Assembly (NCBI GenBank): GCA_041650755.1
Contig: JBAZKN010000005.1
Coordinates: 580 to 64,579 of the forward strand
Direction of reading: 5' to 3'
Length of the DNA: 64,000 bases
Source: Patescibacteria group bacterium
Lineage (GTDB): Bacteria; Patescibacteriota; Patescibacteriia; UBA1558; GWA2-36-10
Shown here piece by piece: positions 19,084 through 28,293 of the stretch. Numbering within the stretch: position 1 is the first letter of the stretch; each line of letters starts with the position of its first letter. Both the position numbers and the translations under genes were made by a program. The notes beneath the pieces were generated by a model that was not told where the DNA came from, searched no databases, and saw nothing but the letters and a program-made list of their open reading frames with translations.

Positions 19084-19578
19084 ATGGAAACAGGAAAAAA
19101 GAAAATGGGTTTTTTCAAAAAGATGTTAATTGGTGCGGGCGTTACACTTGTTGTTATCATCGTTATCGCTGCTTCAAGTGACAATGATAATGAAAATACT
19201 AATCAATCCAATCAGCAAGCAGCGACTACTAACCAACAACAAGGTCAGCAACCAGAACAATCTATAATAAAAGTTACCGCTGTTAAACTCAGTGAGGAAT
19301 ATGATACTAATAGCGTGGCCGCTGACGCAAAGTATAAGAATGAAATGGTAGAAGTCTCTGGTGTTATTGATAATATAGGTAAGGATATTATTGATACGCC
19401 GTATGTTACTTTATATGGCCCATCTAGTAGTTTATTTGGTATTCAGTGTATGTTTAATAAAGAAGACGAAGTTCAATTAGCGGCCTTATCAAAAGAACAA
19501 AACATTGTTCTTAGGGGTAAAGTGGAAGGAGAAATTATTGGCAATGTCATTGTTAGAGGTTGTAGCATAGTTAAATAG
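19084..19578 (+). CDS. Membrane-anchored hypothetical protein with a Q/N-rich linker and a small beta-rich domain
   Basis: N-terminal TM 'GAGVTLVVIIVIAAS', then a low-complexity NQ-rich stretch. Possibly an OB-fold-like domain. Confidence 0.3.
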   Translation: METGKKKMGFFKKMLIGAGVTLVVIIVIAASSDNDNENTNQSNQQAATTNQQQGQQPEQSIIKVTAVKLSEEYDTNSVAADAKYKNEMVEVSGVIDNIGKDIIDTPYVTLYGPSSSLFGIQCMFNKEDEVQLAALSKEQNIVLRGKVEGEIIGNVIVRGCSIVK

Positions 19579-19587
19579 CCACACTAA

Positions 19588-21033
19588 TTATCCCAACATA
19601 GTCAACCTTGGCATACTAAACTGATGCTCCAGTATCTTCATAATCAGCATAGAAAAAGCATCGGCTAGGTCATCGTGTTTTTCGACCCCAAAGTTAGTTA
19701 TTTCCTGTATAAGTTCTTCGGCTCCGTGACGAGGGAAAACTACATAACCTCGTTTAACAGAATTTGAAGCTATGGCTAATCGTGATCTCTTGTCTAAGCG
19801 TCCGAAATTAACTCCTTCTACTTGCATACAGTAATCATCTTGTAATTGGTGGATAAAAGCCCGTTGGTACCCAACGTCTTCTACATAAACATCAGGATAA
19901 TCTCCTTTACGTATACTATTAGCTAAACTTTTAACTGCTTGAATAGCGTCTGGGAAAGTCAGACGTTGGTTAATGGGATGGGGCAGAATATAGATTAGGG
20001 GACGTTCGTCAACAATATAAACTAAAGCCGCGACCATAGCTGTATAATCAGCTGTGGTCTTTTCAGAAATAGCTAAGTCAATACCAATAGCTGGGAAGAA
20101 AAAATGTTCTCGACTTTTAGGGATCTCATCATAGTAGCATAGCCACTCTGGATGAATCACTCTTTCCGAGTTAGAGATAATACGCAGTAAATACTCCCTA
20201 TACCAGGCTGTATCATTTCCCACTCGCTTTTTAAGATTTCCAATACTTTCGTTATCTGGATATTTCCCAGGCCAAGCACACTGGTTGTTGTCATCTAACA
20301 GAGGATAGGAACGATATATGCCTTTGAGATTATTATCTTTAATACCCTGTTGTAATCGCATTAACACTGAATCTTCGTGTAAAAGATTGCCCACTACAAT
20401 AATGCGAGTGTTTAAGTCTCCGGCTGGAATAACATCTCCTACCAGCCATTGATGAGTCTTGTCCCGACTTTCTTTGGTCTTTACAGATTCCAAATCTTCC
20501 ACATCATCGCAAATAATTAAATCTGGTCTATATTGCCCATGTCTTAAACCCCTAATACTTTGTTCAGTAGAAGCGGCTATGATCCTAGCGTCATATTTAG
20601 GGATAACTAGAGCATAAGAACCCCATTCATCAGCTTGCTCTTCAAAAGGTCCTAAGTCAGCTCTAAGTAGTTTATTTTGCTCTAATTCTCGTTTAAGGTT
20701 CATTAAGTGCTGCCTAGCCTGTCTTTGGGTCTGACTAAGCATAACCACAAACTTCTTTTTCTGTTGTCCTAGTATTGCCCAAATTGGGTATGACATATTC
20801 ATAATCGTGGATTTTCCGGATCCACGGAAGGCCACTATAACAGCCATAGGAATACTTTCGTCTTCGGTTATAGAAAATAATTCTTTATGAAATCTGGCCG
20901 TCTCGTGAGTCACATACTTGGCAAAGTAGAGATGGAAAAATAGTAAATGACTTTGTCTAGTGATGGCTGTCCGGACTTTCCGGTCTTGGTAGACTTGCCT
21001 CAGTAGTTGAGGCGTTAACATTGTTGGGTTCAT
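19588..21033 (-). CDS. Phage terminase large subunit-like ATPase/nuclease
   Basis: Walker A 'AFRGSGKST'. Walker B-like 'LIICDDVED'. Acidic residues in the C-terminal nuclease-like half. Size and order fit terS-terL. Confidence 0.55.
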   Translation of the reverse strand: MNPTMLTPQLLRQVYQDRKVRTAITRQSHLLFFHLYFAKYVTHETARFHKELFSITEDESIPMAVIVAFRGSGKSTIMNMSYPIWAILGQQKKKFVVMLSQTQRQARQHLMNLKRELEQNKLLRADLGPFEEQADEWGSYALVIPKYDARIIAASTEQSIRGLRHGQYRPDLIICDDVEDLESVKTKESRDKTHQWLVGDVIPAGDLNTRIIVVGNLLHEDSVLMRLQQGIKDNNLKGIYRSYPLLDDNNQCAWPGKYPDNESIGNLKKRVGNDTAWYREYLLRIISNSERVIHPEWLCYYDEIPKSREHFFFPAIGIDLAISEKTTADYTAMVAALVYIVDERPLIYILPHPINQRLTFPDAIQAVKSLANSIRKGDYPDVYVEDVGYQRAFIHQLQDDYCMQVEGVNFGRLDKRSRLAIASNSVKRGYVVFPRHGAEELIQEITNFGVEKHDDLADAFSMLIMKILEHQFSMPRLTMLG

Positions 21034-21439
21034 ATATTTGTTGTTCTTTCTCGTCAGAGTCAGCGTGCAAGGCGGCTAGTTTTAAGGCCTCGGTCACGAC
21101 TGCTTGTTGCTCTGGCGTTAATACCTGGTTAGATTCTTCAAGTTTGGCGGTTACTTGGAGTTTAGTGGTGTATTGCGGATGGTGATGTTTGAGCCACATA
21201 ATAATGGCTGTCAGATTACGATCTTTAATAGCGGTAATTAATTGGGACTCCGCCATGTCGTTTATGAGCAGTGATCCTTGTAGTATGGCCTGATCAGCTT
21301 CTTTGGCAAAAGATTCGTTGTCTTTACGCAGACGATAATAGGTCGCTCTACTGATGCCAGACTTTTCACACGCTATTTGCACTATAGGAGTTTTCTTGAG
21401 CTGTTCAATCAACTCATTTTTTTGTTGCTTACTTATCAT
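20957..21439 (-). CDS. HTH DNA-binding protein (possible terminase small subunit)
   Basis: 'IACEKSGISRATYYRLRK' helix-turn-helix. Overlaps the terL start. Confidence 0.4.
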   Translation of the reverse strand: MISKQQKNELIEQLKKTPIVQIACEKSGISRATYYRLRKDNESFAKEADQAILQGSLLINDMAESQLITAIKDRNLTAIIMWLKHHHPQYTTKLQVTAKLEESNQVLTPEQQAVVTEALKLAALHADSDEKEQQIYEPNNVNASTTEASLPRPESPDSHH

Positions 21440-22766
21440 GACCGTGTAATTTAATAGTTTTTTTACCAGTTAGTTTTTTCCAACGCTTTTTGATCACTTC
21501 TGTATAGACGGGGGATTTTTCCATGATATAGCATCTGCGCTTCATTTTGGTGGCCGCTATTAACGTTGAACCAGAGCCACCAAATGGCTCGACAATGAGG
21601 TCATCGCGCTTGGTAAGGACTTTGATATATGGAATAAGAATTTCTACTGGTTTGGTGCCGAAAATCACTCCTTGACCAGAGCTTTTCTCGTCCGAGGCCT
21701 TATAGTCAATAAAGTCAGTTGGGGCGTACTTCTTGCCTTTTTGATAGCCTTCCCAATGGGGTTTACCGGCTATGGCGTATAAGGCGGTTTCGTATTCATT
21801 TTGAAGTGGCGTTTCTTCTGTGGATAGATTTAGTTCTAAACTGTCTTTACTACTGCCCACCATAGCTATATCGTGTTTTGAGAAAAATTTATACTTAGCC
21901 GCAAAGCCCTGGGTTCTATTGGGTAGTCGCCAAACTATCATATTTTTAACCTTCCAATACTTTTCCATTTCTGCCCAAATAGTTCTAAGATTTTTCCAAT
22001 TCTCATAGACTATGATATGAAAATCATCTTTGGCTATTTTGGCAATATTTTTCATCCACAATTCAGTAAAATTATCAGGCAAACTATCTGTACCCAAATA
22101 CCGTCTATCTCGCTTATAGCCGAAGCCCTCGCTAGACTTATGTTTCTTTTTACCTTTTAAATAATTTAATATATAAGGTGGATCGGTTAGACACATGTCA
22201 GCACTAACACCATTCATTAATTTTAGCATGTCGGCCTCAATAGTGGAGTCACCACACATCAGGCGACTGCCATCTAACTCATAAACATCACCTTTTTTAG
22301 TTTGAATGTTTTTAATATCTAATTTAGCCAGTTCTTTTTGGAGGTCAAATTTTTCTGGTTCTATATCTATATCAAAGATATCATCCAGTTCTTCGCTGCT
22401 GAAACCAAGATTTACTAGGAACGACTCGTCAAATTCAGCTAGTAGCTTAAAGTCAAATTCACCAGTGTTTTTATTGAGCCTTAGATTAAGCTCTTTTTCT
22501 TTTTCTAGATTAGGAATATTGACATAGACTACTGGCACTGTCTTATATCCCAAATCTTTAGCTATTTTGAGTCTAAAATGACCGCCAATGACCACATTCT
22601 CCCGACCTTTGGCTGAATTGCAGATAATAGGGTCTACTAGTCCATATCTGTTAATGCTGTCTGTTAAGTCCTGGATAGCCTTTTGACTCCACTTCCTAGG
22701 GTTGTAGGAAGCGGGACTTAATACCTTAGGATCAAGGTATTGGATTTTGAGGTTGTTTTTGTCCAT
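21429..22766 (-). CDS. ParB-like nuclease domain fused to an N6-adenine/N4-cytosine DNA methyltransferase
   Basis: N-terminal ParB-N 'VVIGGHFRLKIAKDLGY'. Methyltransferase motif IV 'CLTDPPYILNY'. Motif I 'VEPFGGSGST'. Confidence 0.7.
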   Translation of the reverse strand: MDKNNLKIQYLDPKVLSPASYNPRKWSQKAIQDLTDSINRYGLVDPIICNSAKGRENVVIGGHFRLKIAKDLGYKTVPVVYVNIPNLEKEKELNLRLNKNTGEFDFKLLAEFDESFLVNLGFSSEELDDIFDIDIEPEKFDLQKELAKLDIKNIQTKKGDVYELDGSRLMCGDSTIEADMLKLMNGVSADMCLTDPPYILNYLKGKKKHKSSEGFGYKRDRRYLGTDSLPDNFTELWMKNIAKIAKDDFHIIVYENWKNLRTIWAEMEKYWKVKNMIVWRLPNRTQGFAAKYKFFSKHDIAMVGSSKDSLELNLSTEETPLQNEYETALYAIAGKPHWEGYQKGKKYAPTDFIDYKASDEKSSGQGVIFGTKPVEILIPYIKVLTKRDDLIVEPFGGSGSTLIAATKMKRRCYIMEKSPVYTEVIKKRWKKLTGKKTIKLHGHDK

Positions 22767-22793
22767 GGTTTTATTGGTTAATAATTAATCTTA

Positions 22794-23153
22794 TTATCGT
22801 TTTTTATCTAGAATTCCGGCTAGCTTAAGGAACATTTCAACGGCCTTTGGATTACCTTTAGTTGAGGCATTGCTATATAGCCCTCCGATGGCATCGGGAA
22901 CGCGATCTTTTACCCAAACACTTATTTCGCTTTGCACAAGTGGCCAGAATTGCACGTCTTTCGTCCAATCAGTTAAGGTGTCCTCACAGACTCCGATTTG
23001 TTTTGCAAATTCCTTTTGTGTTTCGGGATTACGAAACTTATAAGGCGTAGCAAACCATTTGGCAAATAGTATAAATTCAGATACCCGCTGAACCCCGGGC
23101 ACGACTTTTATAGAATCGGAGTCAATCGGAGCGAGGGTTTTGTTTTTAGTCAT
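22794..23153 (-). CDS. Small HTH-containing phage-like protein
   Basis: 'TQKEFAKQIGVCEDTLTDW'. Confidence 0.3.
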   Translation of the reverse strand: MTKNKTLAPIDSDSIKVVPGVQRVSEFILFAKWFATPYKFRNPETQKEFAKQIGVCEDTLTDWTKDVQFWPLVQSEISVWVKDRVPDAIGGLYSNASTKGNPKAVEMFLKLAGILDKKR

Positions 23154-23252
23154 AGCTTAGTAATTAGTTAAATGAAAAAAGAGCCATTATTATCATAGCT
23201 CTTTTTCAAATAGTCCATTCCGAGTTCCGCTCGAGTTCCGTTTTGTAATGTT

Positions 23253-24392
23253 TTAGCTTATCTTAGCAATTTTTCTTTTGCTTCTTTTTAAGTCATTTCG
23301 ATGGGCCTTTACACATGCGATTGATCCACATGTTATTTGCCATTTGTTGCGGGGCTTAAAATTACTCTTACAAATAGGGCATGTTTTATTAATAAATCCA
23401 GTTAAAACTTGCTTTACAGTTTCTTCTTTTTCAGTCAGAAAATATAAGAAAGCATTAATAATATAAATCATGTAATGCGTGTCCTCAAGACTAGCAATAT
23501 CATTGTCGTTTAGAGATTTAATATATGCTGTTTTAATTTTATTACTGCGAGCAGATTCGTTAATCAAGCTTTTTTTCGAAATAAATTCTCGCCAGTCATA
23601 TATAAATTCTTTGGTTAGTTTATACTTATCTAAGATTTTTTTTGCCCGTTCTTTAAAAATAGGGGATATATCAAAATCGTACTCCTGTCCCCATTCTATT
23701 TTTGAAGGTTTATGTCCATATGCCTCTCGGTATTGTGTATATTTTTCTCTTTTTTTCTTTTCAAATAATTTATGTATTTTTTCCATCTCATGGTATATCT
23801 CTAGAAATTTATATAAGTCAGCTATCCTTTTCTGGATGGACGCTATTATTTTTTTTCTATCAATATCATTTTTGTGTTCTTTAATCCATATCAAATATGG
23901 TAGAGCAATTTTTATGGCAAGTATTTGCTTTTTATCGTATAAAAATTCATATTGTTTTTTTATGGCACTAGCACTGGTGTAAAAATCAGAAAACTGTCTT
24001 TGCTTCCAGGCAAAAGATTTCTGTTGCGACGGCCACTCTACCATATTGTTATCAAAATAATAATCGAGCCAATGATCATTAAGTTTTCCGAGACTACCGA
24101 TGCAATAGTAATTTTTTCTGTCCAATTTTATAATTTTAAATTTGTCTAAATCCTTAGGGTGGATATAACGCCATTCATTTAGTCCGTTAAAAGAAGCATA
24201 TACTCTTTTAAACTCCACAACCCCTAAATATACTTTTAAGGCGGGGAAGACTAATTTATGCTTATGTAGCTCCTCTAGGGTATTTTTATCAATCTTAAGC
24301 CCGTTATCTTGGCAGTAGCCAACGAAAAAAGACATATGGATTAAACCCCCCTGATTGAGCGGCATTTGGGTTTTAAACTCTGTAGCTTCCAT
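23253..24392 (-). CDS. Hypothetical protein with a C-terminal Cys4 zinc-ribbon
   Basis: 'CPICKSNF...CGSIACVKAH'. No other motifs recognised. Confidence 0.3.
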   Translation of the reverse strand: MEATEFKTQMPLNQGGLIHMSFFVGYCQDNGLKIDKNTLEELHKHKLVFPALKVYLGVVEFKRVYASFNGLNEWRYIHPKDLDKFKIIKLDRKNYYCIGSLGKLNDHWLDYYFDNNMVEWPSQQKSFAWKQRQFSDFYTSASAIKKQYEFLYDKKQILAIKIALPYLIWIKEHKNDIDRKKIIASIQKRIADLYKFLEIYHEMEKIHKLFEKKKREKYTQYREAYGHKPSKIEWGQEYDFDISPIFKERAKKILDKYKLTKEFIYDWREFISKKSLINESARSNKIKTAYIKSLNDNDIASLEDTHYMIYIINAFLYFLTEKEETVKQVLTGFINKTCPICKSNFKPRNKWQITCGSIACVKAHRNDLKRSKRKIAKIS

Positions 24393-24458
24393 TTATTTAA
24401 CGTTTTTCTTAGTATTTTTTATTTTATTCGCAAATCCCTAATTTACGGGGTAGAGTAT

Positions 24459-24487
24459 TTGACAATCTTTGTATATTTGTATATAAT
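24459..24487 (+). promoter_or_regulatory. Consensus sigma70-like promoter upstream of the lexA-like gene
   Basis: TTGACA (24459-24464), 17 nt spacer, TATAAT (24482-24487). ATG lies at 24496. Confidence 0.5.
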
Positions 24488-24495
24488 ACTAGTGT

Positions 24496-25167
24496 ATGAA
24501 ATATACCAAAAAACCAACAAAAGGGCAACTGGAAGTACTGGATTTTATTCAGAAATATATAGAAAAGCACAATATTCCACCACTTATTGAGGACATAAAA
24601 TCAGCTTTTCAGTTTAAATCAACACGCTCTGTCACCCAATATCTAGATGCTTTAACCAGACAAGGGTACATAGAAAGGAATCGTAAACAAAAAAGAGGCA
24701 TACAGTTAGTTAATCATTATCAAGAACCAGGGCTAGACACTGTTTTAGTTCCTTTGCGTGGCACAGTTTCCTGTGGTCAGCCTAGTTTCTACGCTGATGA
24801 CAACATAGAGAATTTTTATTCAGTTGATAGCAGGTTATTGACCAGTAAAGTGAATAATTATTTTTTGGTGAGATCTTGCGGAAACTCCATGAACAGAGCG
24901 GGTATAGAAGATAATGATTTGGTGTTGGTAGAAAAAACTGATTATTTTGCAAACGGAGATAGGGTTGTAGCAGTTATTGATGGTCTGGCTACTATAAAGA
25001 ATTTTTCCAAGGGAGATTCTTCAATAGTGTTATACCCAGCTTCTTCTGATGATAAGCATAAGCCTTTAATAGTTAAAGACGATTTTAATCTGGTAGGTAG
25101 GGTAGTCGATATATTGCCAGATCCGGAATCTTTTAATGATATCAGGTATGAACCTGTAAACCAATAA
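24496..25167 (+). CDS. lexA: LexA-family repressor (winged-helix N-terminus + S24 peptidase C-terminus), either host LexA or a prophage CI-like repressor
   Basis: N-terminus 'QLEVLDFIQKYIEKHNIPPLIEDIKSAFQFKSTRSVTQYLDALTRQGYIER'. Catalytic Ser in 'CGNSM'. Lys in 'VVAVIDGLATIKNF'. Confidence 0.75.
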   Translation: MKYTKKPTKGQLEVLDFIQKYIEKHNIPPLIEDIKSAFQFKSTRSVTQYLDALTRQGYIERNRKQKRGIQLVNHYQEPGLDTVLVPLRGTVSCGQPSFYADDNIENFYSVDSRLLTSKVNNYFLVRSCGNSMNRAGIEDNDLVLVEKTDYFANGDRVVAVIDGLATIKNFSKGDSSIVLYPASSDDKHKPLIVKDDFNLVGRVVDILPDPESFNDIRYEPVNQ

Positions 25168-25181
25168 TTAATCAAGCAAGC

Positions 25182-25424
25182 ATGGCAAATTATCACGTAA
25201 CAAAAAACAAAGATATTGGCAAATGGCAGGCTAAGAAAGAAAAGGCCGATAGAGTCGCCGGCTTTTATGACACACAAGCGGAAGCCGAGGCAGCAGCGAA
25301 ACAATTTTCAGCTAATAGCGGCGGTGGTGAGGTAAGGATCCACAGCCCGAAAGGTCCAATTAGGGATAGTGATACAGTTCCACCAGGAAATGATCCTAAT
25401 CCGCCTAAAGACAGGAGATTTTAA
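25182..25424 (+). CDS. DUF2188 family protein
   Basis: 'YHVTKNKDIGKWQAKKEK...GFYDTQAEAEAAAKQ...GEVRIHSPKGPIRDSDTVPPGNDPNPPKD' matches the DUF2188 consensus pattern. Confidence 0.6.
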   Translation: MANYHVTKNKDIGKWQAKKEKADRVAGFYDTQAEAEAAAKQFSANSGGGEVRIHSPKGPIRDSDTVPPGNDPNPPKDRRF

Positions 25425-25428
25425 TCGT

Positions 25429-25857
25429 ATGGAAAAAAAATTAAAACATTTAGAATTCATACAAAACGTTATTAGCAGGATGGCTAATAACCTTTTTCTG
25501 TTGAAAGGATGGGTAGTTACTTTGGTAGCAGCACTTTTGGCTTTATTGGCATCAAATAATGCTGGTACCCAATTTATCTTTATAGCTCTAGTTCCAATTA
25601 TAATTTTCTGGCTTCTAGACGGCTATTTCTTGTCTCAAGAAAGAATGTATAGGGATCTATACAAGGATGTTGCCAAGAAGCAAGAGGATCAAATTGATTT
25701 CTCAATGGATGCTAGTAAATATAATACAGGTAGAAACAGATGGCTTAACTGCTTCTTTTCTAAAACACTGGTAATATTTTATGGTCTGCTTCTGCTATTA
25801 TTTTTAATAATTATTTACTACAATTTTGATATAAAAATTTCAATAAGTATAGGATAA
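25429..25857 (+). CDS. Small 2-3 TM membrane protein, candidate pore-forming/SLATT-like effector
   Basis: Amphipathic N-helix then TM1 'WVVTLVAALLALLAS', TM2 'FIFIALVPIIIFWLL', and a C-terminal hydrophobic helix. Start taken at ATG 25429, immediately after the DUF2188 stop. Confidence 0.35.
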   Translation: MEKKLKHLEFIQNVISRMANNLFLLKGWVVTLVAALLALLASNNAGTQFIFIALVPIIIFWLLDGYFLSQERMYRDLYKDVAKKQEDQIDFSMDASKYNTGRNRWLNCFFSKTLVIFYGLLLLLFLIIIYYNFDIKISISIG

Positions 25858-25861
25858 ACAT

Positions 25862-26422
25862 ATGTCAAGAAAAGTTTTTTACAGTTTTCATTATGAGCGG
25901 GACGCTTGGCGTGCTGGTCAGGTGCGAAACTTCAATTTACTCGCTGATGAGGATGAATATGGAATTATCGATTCAGTCGAGTGGGAAAAAATTAAGAAAA
26001 AAGGTGATGAGGCCGTAAAAAGTTGGATAAAAGATCAGCTTAAAAATACCTCTGTCACAGTTGTGTTGATTGGTGCAGAAACATCGGAAAGGCCATGGGT
26101 CAAATACGAAATTGAACAAAGCATAGAAAAAGGCAATGCTTTGTTGGGCGTTAGAATACACTCGGTTAAAACCCAGAAAAAAGAGACTGATTCTCCAGGA
26201 AAAAATCCTTTAGATTTGATTTCTCTAAAAAATGGTAAGCCTGCATCATCATTATACAAAACTCATGACTGGGTATCTGATGATGGTAGAAAGAATTTAG
26301 GTCAATGGGTTGAGGATGCATATAAAATTAGTGAATCTAAAACTAATTTAGGTACCCACGACACTAGCCCTACGCCAACCCCACGTAGCTTTACGCCTAA
26401 ATCACCCTGGTCTGTTTTATGA
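25862..26422 (+). CDS. TIR-like domain protein (DUF1863 / Thoeris ThsB-like)
   Basis: 'KVFYSFHYERDAWRAGQVRN' and 'NTSVTVVLIGAETSERPWVKYEIEQSIEKGNALLGVRIH ... GKNPLDLI' closely mirror the ThsB/DUF1863 TIR consensus, as far as it can be recalled. Confidence 0.6.
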   Translation: MSRKVFYSFHYERDAWRAGQVRNFNLLADEDEYGIIDSVEWEKIKKKGDEAVKSWIKDQLKNTSVTVVLIGAETSERPWVKYEIEQSIEKGNALLGVRIHSVKTQKKETDSPGKNPLDLISLKNGKPASSLYKTHDWVSDDGRKNLGQWVEDAYKISESKTNLGTHDTSPTPTPRSFTPKSPWSVL

Positions 26423-27105
26423 TATCAGATCAGGATAAGGATTGGTTAAGTAAATATTATCCTGGTTTGATAGTAAGCGGGAAAGAAATTTCTGGCGATA
26501 TTGAATTTGTAGCTAACTATAATAAAGACACTGACCAGTTTTCAATTTTGTATAATGGTACACCAGACTCCATTGATGGTTTAAAGTTAAGTGGTAAGTT
26601 TTCCGTTATTATTTCTGAGAGAACTAACAAAGCTTCTTCAGATCTTCCGGCACTGATTGTTAAAAATATAGATACAACTACGGATCGTCATTTTAATCAA
26701 ATGGACAAATCAGCTTGCCTTTGTAGTCCTTTAGAGGAGGGAGAGTATCTATTGCCAGAATTTAGTTTCAAGCTTTTTTTGGAAGAGCTGGTCATTCCAT
26801 TCTTGTATGGTCAAGTTTTTTATGATAAAAATGGTAAGTGGCCGTGGTCTGAATACTCACATGGTGCCGTTGGCATACTGGAATCATATTTAGATATATC
26901 CGATGCAAGTAAAGCCAGGGCTTCTATTGAAAAATTACGTTATGATACAAATTGGCCACGAGTTGAACAGGTATTAAAGCAAAAATCTTATATTAAAGGG
27001 CATACCCCTTGTTTTTGTCCAAAGGCTGATCAGATCAGGCGTTGCCATCCAAAGGCTTGGCAGGGTATTAATAAACTAAAGAATGATATAAAAGATTCAT
27101 ACTAG
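26419..27105 (+). CDS. Hypothetical protein, translationally coupled to the TIR gene (ATGA overlap)
   Basis: No recognisable motif. Cys/His pairs 'CLCSP' and 'CFCP...CHP'. Confidence 0.35.
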   Translation: MISDQDKDWLSKYYPGLIVSGKEISGDIEFVANYNKDTDQFSILYNGTPDSIDGLKLSGKFSVIISERTNKASSDLPALIVKNIDTTTDRHFNQMDKSACLCSPLEEGEYLLPEFSFKLFLEELVIPFLYGQVFYDKNGKWPWSEYSHGAVGILESYLDISDASKARASIEKLRYDTNWPRVEQVLKQKSYIKGHTPCFCPKADQIRRCHPKAWQGINKLKNDIKDSY

Positions 27106-27107
27106 AT

Positions 27108-27311
27108 ATGGGTAGGTATAGGGGAAAAAGTAGTTTTCATCGTAACTTAGGACATGATCTATATACAATAATATATTGTTCATTATTTTTTCTTTGTATA
27201 AAAATTTGGGGGGCAAATGTTATTTTAAGCAGCTGGCTTGTTTTGCTATGGCCTATAAGTTATTTCTTAGTAGGCTTTATATTAAGAAAAATAGGAGTTT
27301 GGAAGTATTAA
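27108..27311 (+). CDS. Small 2-TM membrane protein
   Basis: 67 aa with two hydrophobic helices. Confidence 0.3.
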   Translation: MGRYRGKSSFHRNLGHDLYTIIYCSLFFLCIKIWGANVILSSWLVLLWPISYFLVGFILRKIGVWKY

Positions 27312-27327
27312 TATATGCTCACAGAAT

Positions 27328-28293
27328 ATGTCATTAATATTGGGTATAAATCTTACAGATAGAATAATTTTAGCAACTGATAGTAAAGTTACTAAATCAG
27401 TTAATGGTAAACGAGAGGTAGTTGGCTATTGTACAAAATTAGTTCAGTATAATGATCGGGTTTTAAATGAAGATAAGGTTGTAAAAAATAGAAAGGATTT
27501 AGGTAACTTTATTTCCTGTATGTATGCTGGAAACAAAGATTTTTCTTTTTTTATACATCAAAAATTATCGGTTGCTTTTGAAAAGGGCGTATTATCTACA
27601 GACATCAATGTTTTACAGACACAAATTGATGATTTTTTTAAAAAAATTACTCCTGAATATGATGGAGTAAAAAAATGTCTTATGATATTTGCAGGCGTAT
27701 CATTGAGTGGTTCCATAAAGATATTTAGTTTTAAGCGTCTATCAGATTTAATAGGTCCCCAAGCTGGCCACGTAGAAGATCCTAATATAGTAGGGGCATT
27801 ACAATTTGCATCACAAGATTCAGATACTACTCCATTGATGAATAGAGAAAACAATTATTTTGTGCCGGATCAGAAATTATTTTCTTTTGAGATAGACGAA
27901 GATAGACATAAATTTGGCATAGGAAAAATTGGTGGTACTTATTCAGTTGTAGCTGGCGGGTCAACCACCATTGATGAGAATCTGGAAAACAAGATTCTAA
28001 AATATTTTTTAACCAAAAGGGATATTAAAGCCGAGGCTTCGGATATTATAAACTTTATTAGAAGTAATTTTTCCGATAGTATTGGTGGTGCAGTAGTATT
28101 AGGGTATATTGATACAAGGGGTATTCTGACCAATGTGAGTTATCAAGTTGATAGATCAGGAGAAATTAATGATAAAAACTGGTCCATAGAAATTAATGGT
28201 AAAGATTTTATAGCTTTAGATCCGGAAAGCAAAAGAATTGATTTATTAGAATATTTTTTTAATGGTTCAGGCGATAGCGATTGTTTGTTATAG
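27328..28293 (+). CDS. HslV/proteasome-beta-like Ntn-hydrolase-fold protein with a C-terminal extension
   Basis: The N-terminus 'MSLILGINLTDRIILATDSKVT...KLVQYNDRV...YAGNKDFSFF' parallels HslV '[21 protein letters not shown]...RRLYNDKV...FAGGTADAFTLF'. Residue 2 is Ser rather than Thr. Confidence 0.4.
   Translation: MSLILGINLTDRIILATDSKVTKSVNGKREVVGYCTKLVQYNDRVLNEDKVVKNRKDLGNFISCMYAGNKDFSFFIHQKLSVAFEKGVLSTDINVLQTQIDDFFKKITPEYDGVKKCLMIFAGVSLSGSIKIFSFKRLSDLIGPQAGHVEDPNIVGALQFASQDSDTTPLMNRENNYFVPDQKLFSFEIDEDRHKFGIGKIGGTYSVVAGGSTTIDENLENKILKYFLTKRDIKAEASDIINFIRSNFSDSIGGAVVLGYIDTRGILTNVSYQVDRSGEINDKNWSIEINGKDFIALDPESKRIDLLEYFFNGSGDSDCLL

Noticed and set aside
24401-24495. Canonical LexA (SOS) box upstream of the lexA-like gene
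   Set aside because: No clear CGAACnnnnGTTCG or CTGTn8ACAG palindrome was found. Only a promoter and an imperfect AGTATT...AATACT dyad are visible, so autoregulation cannot be asserted from sequence.
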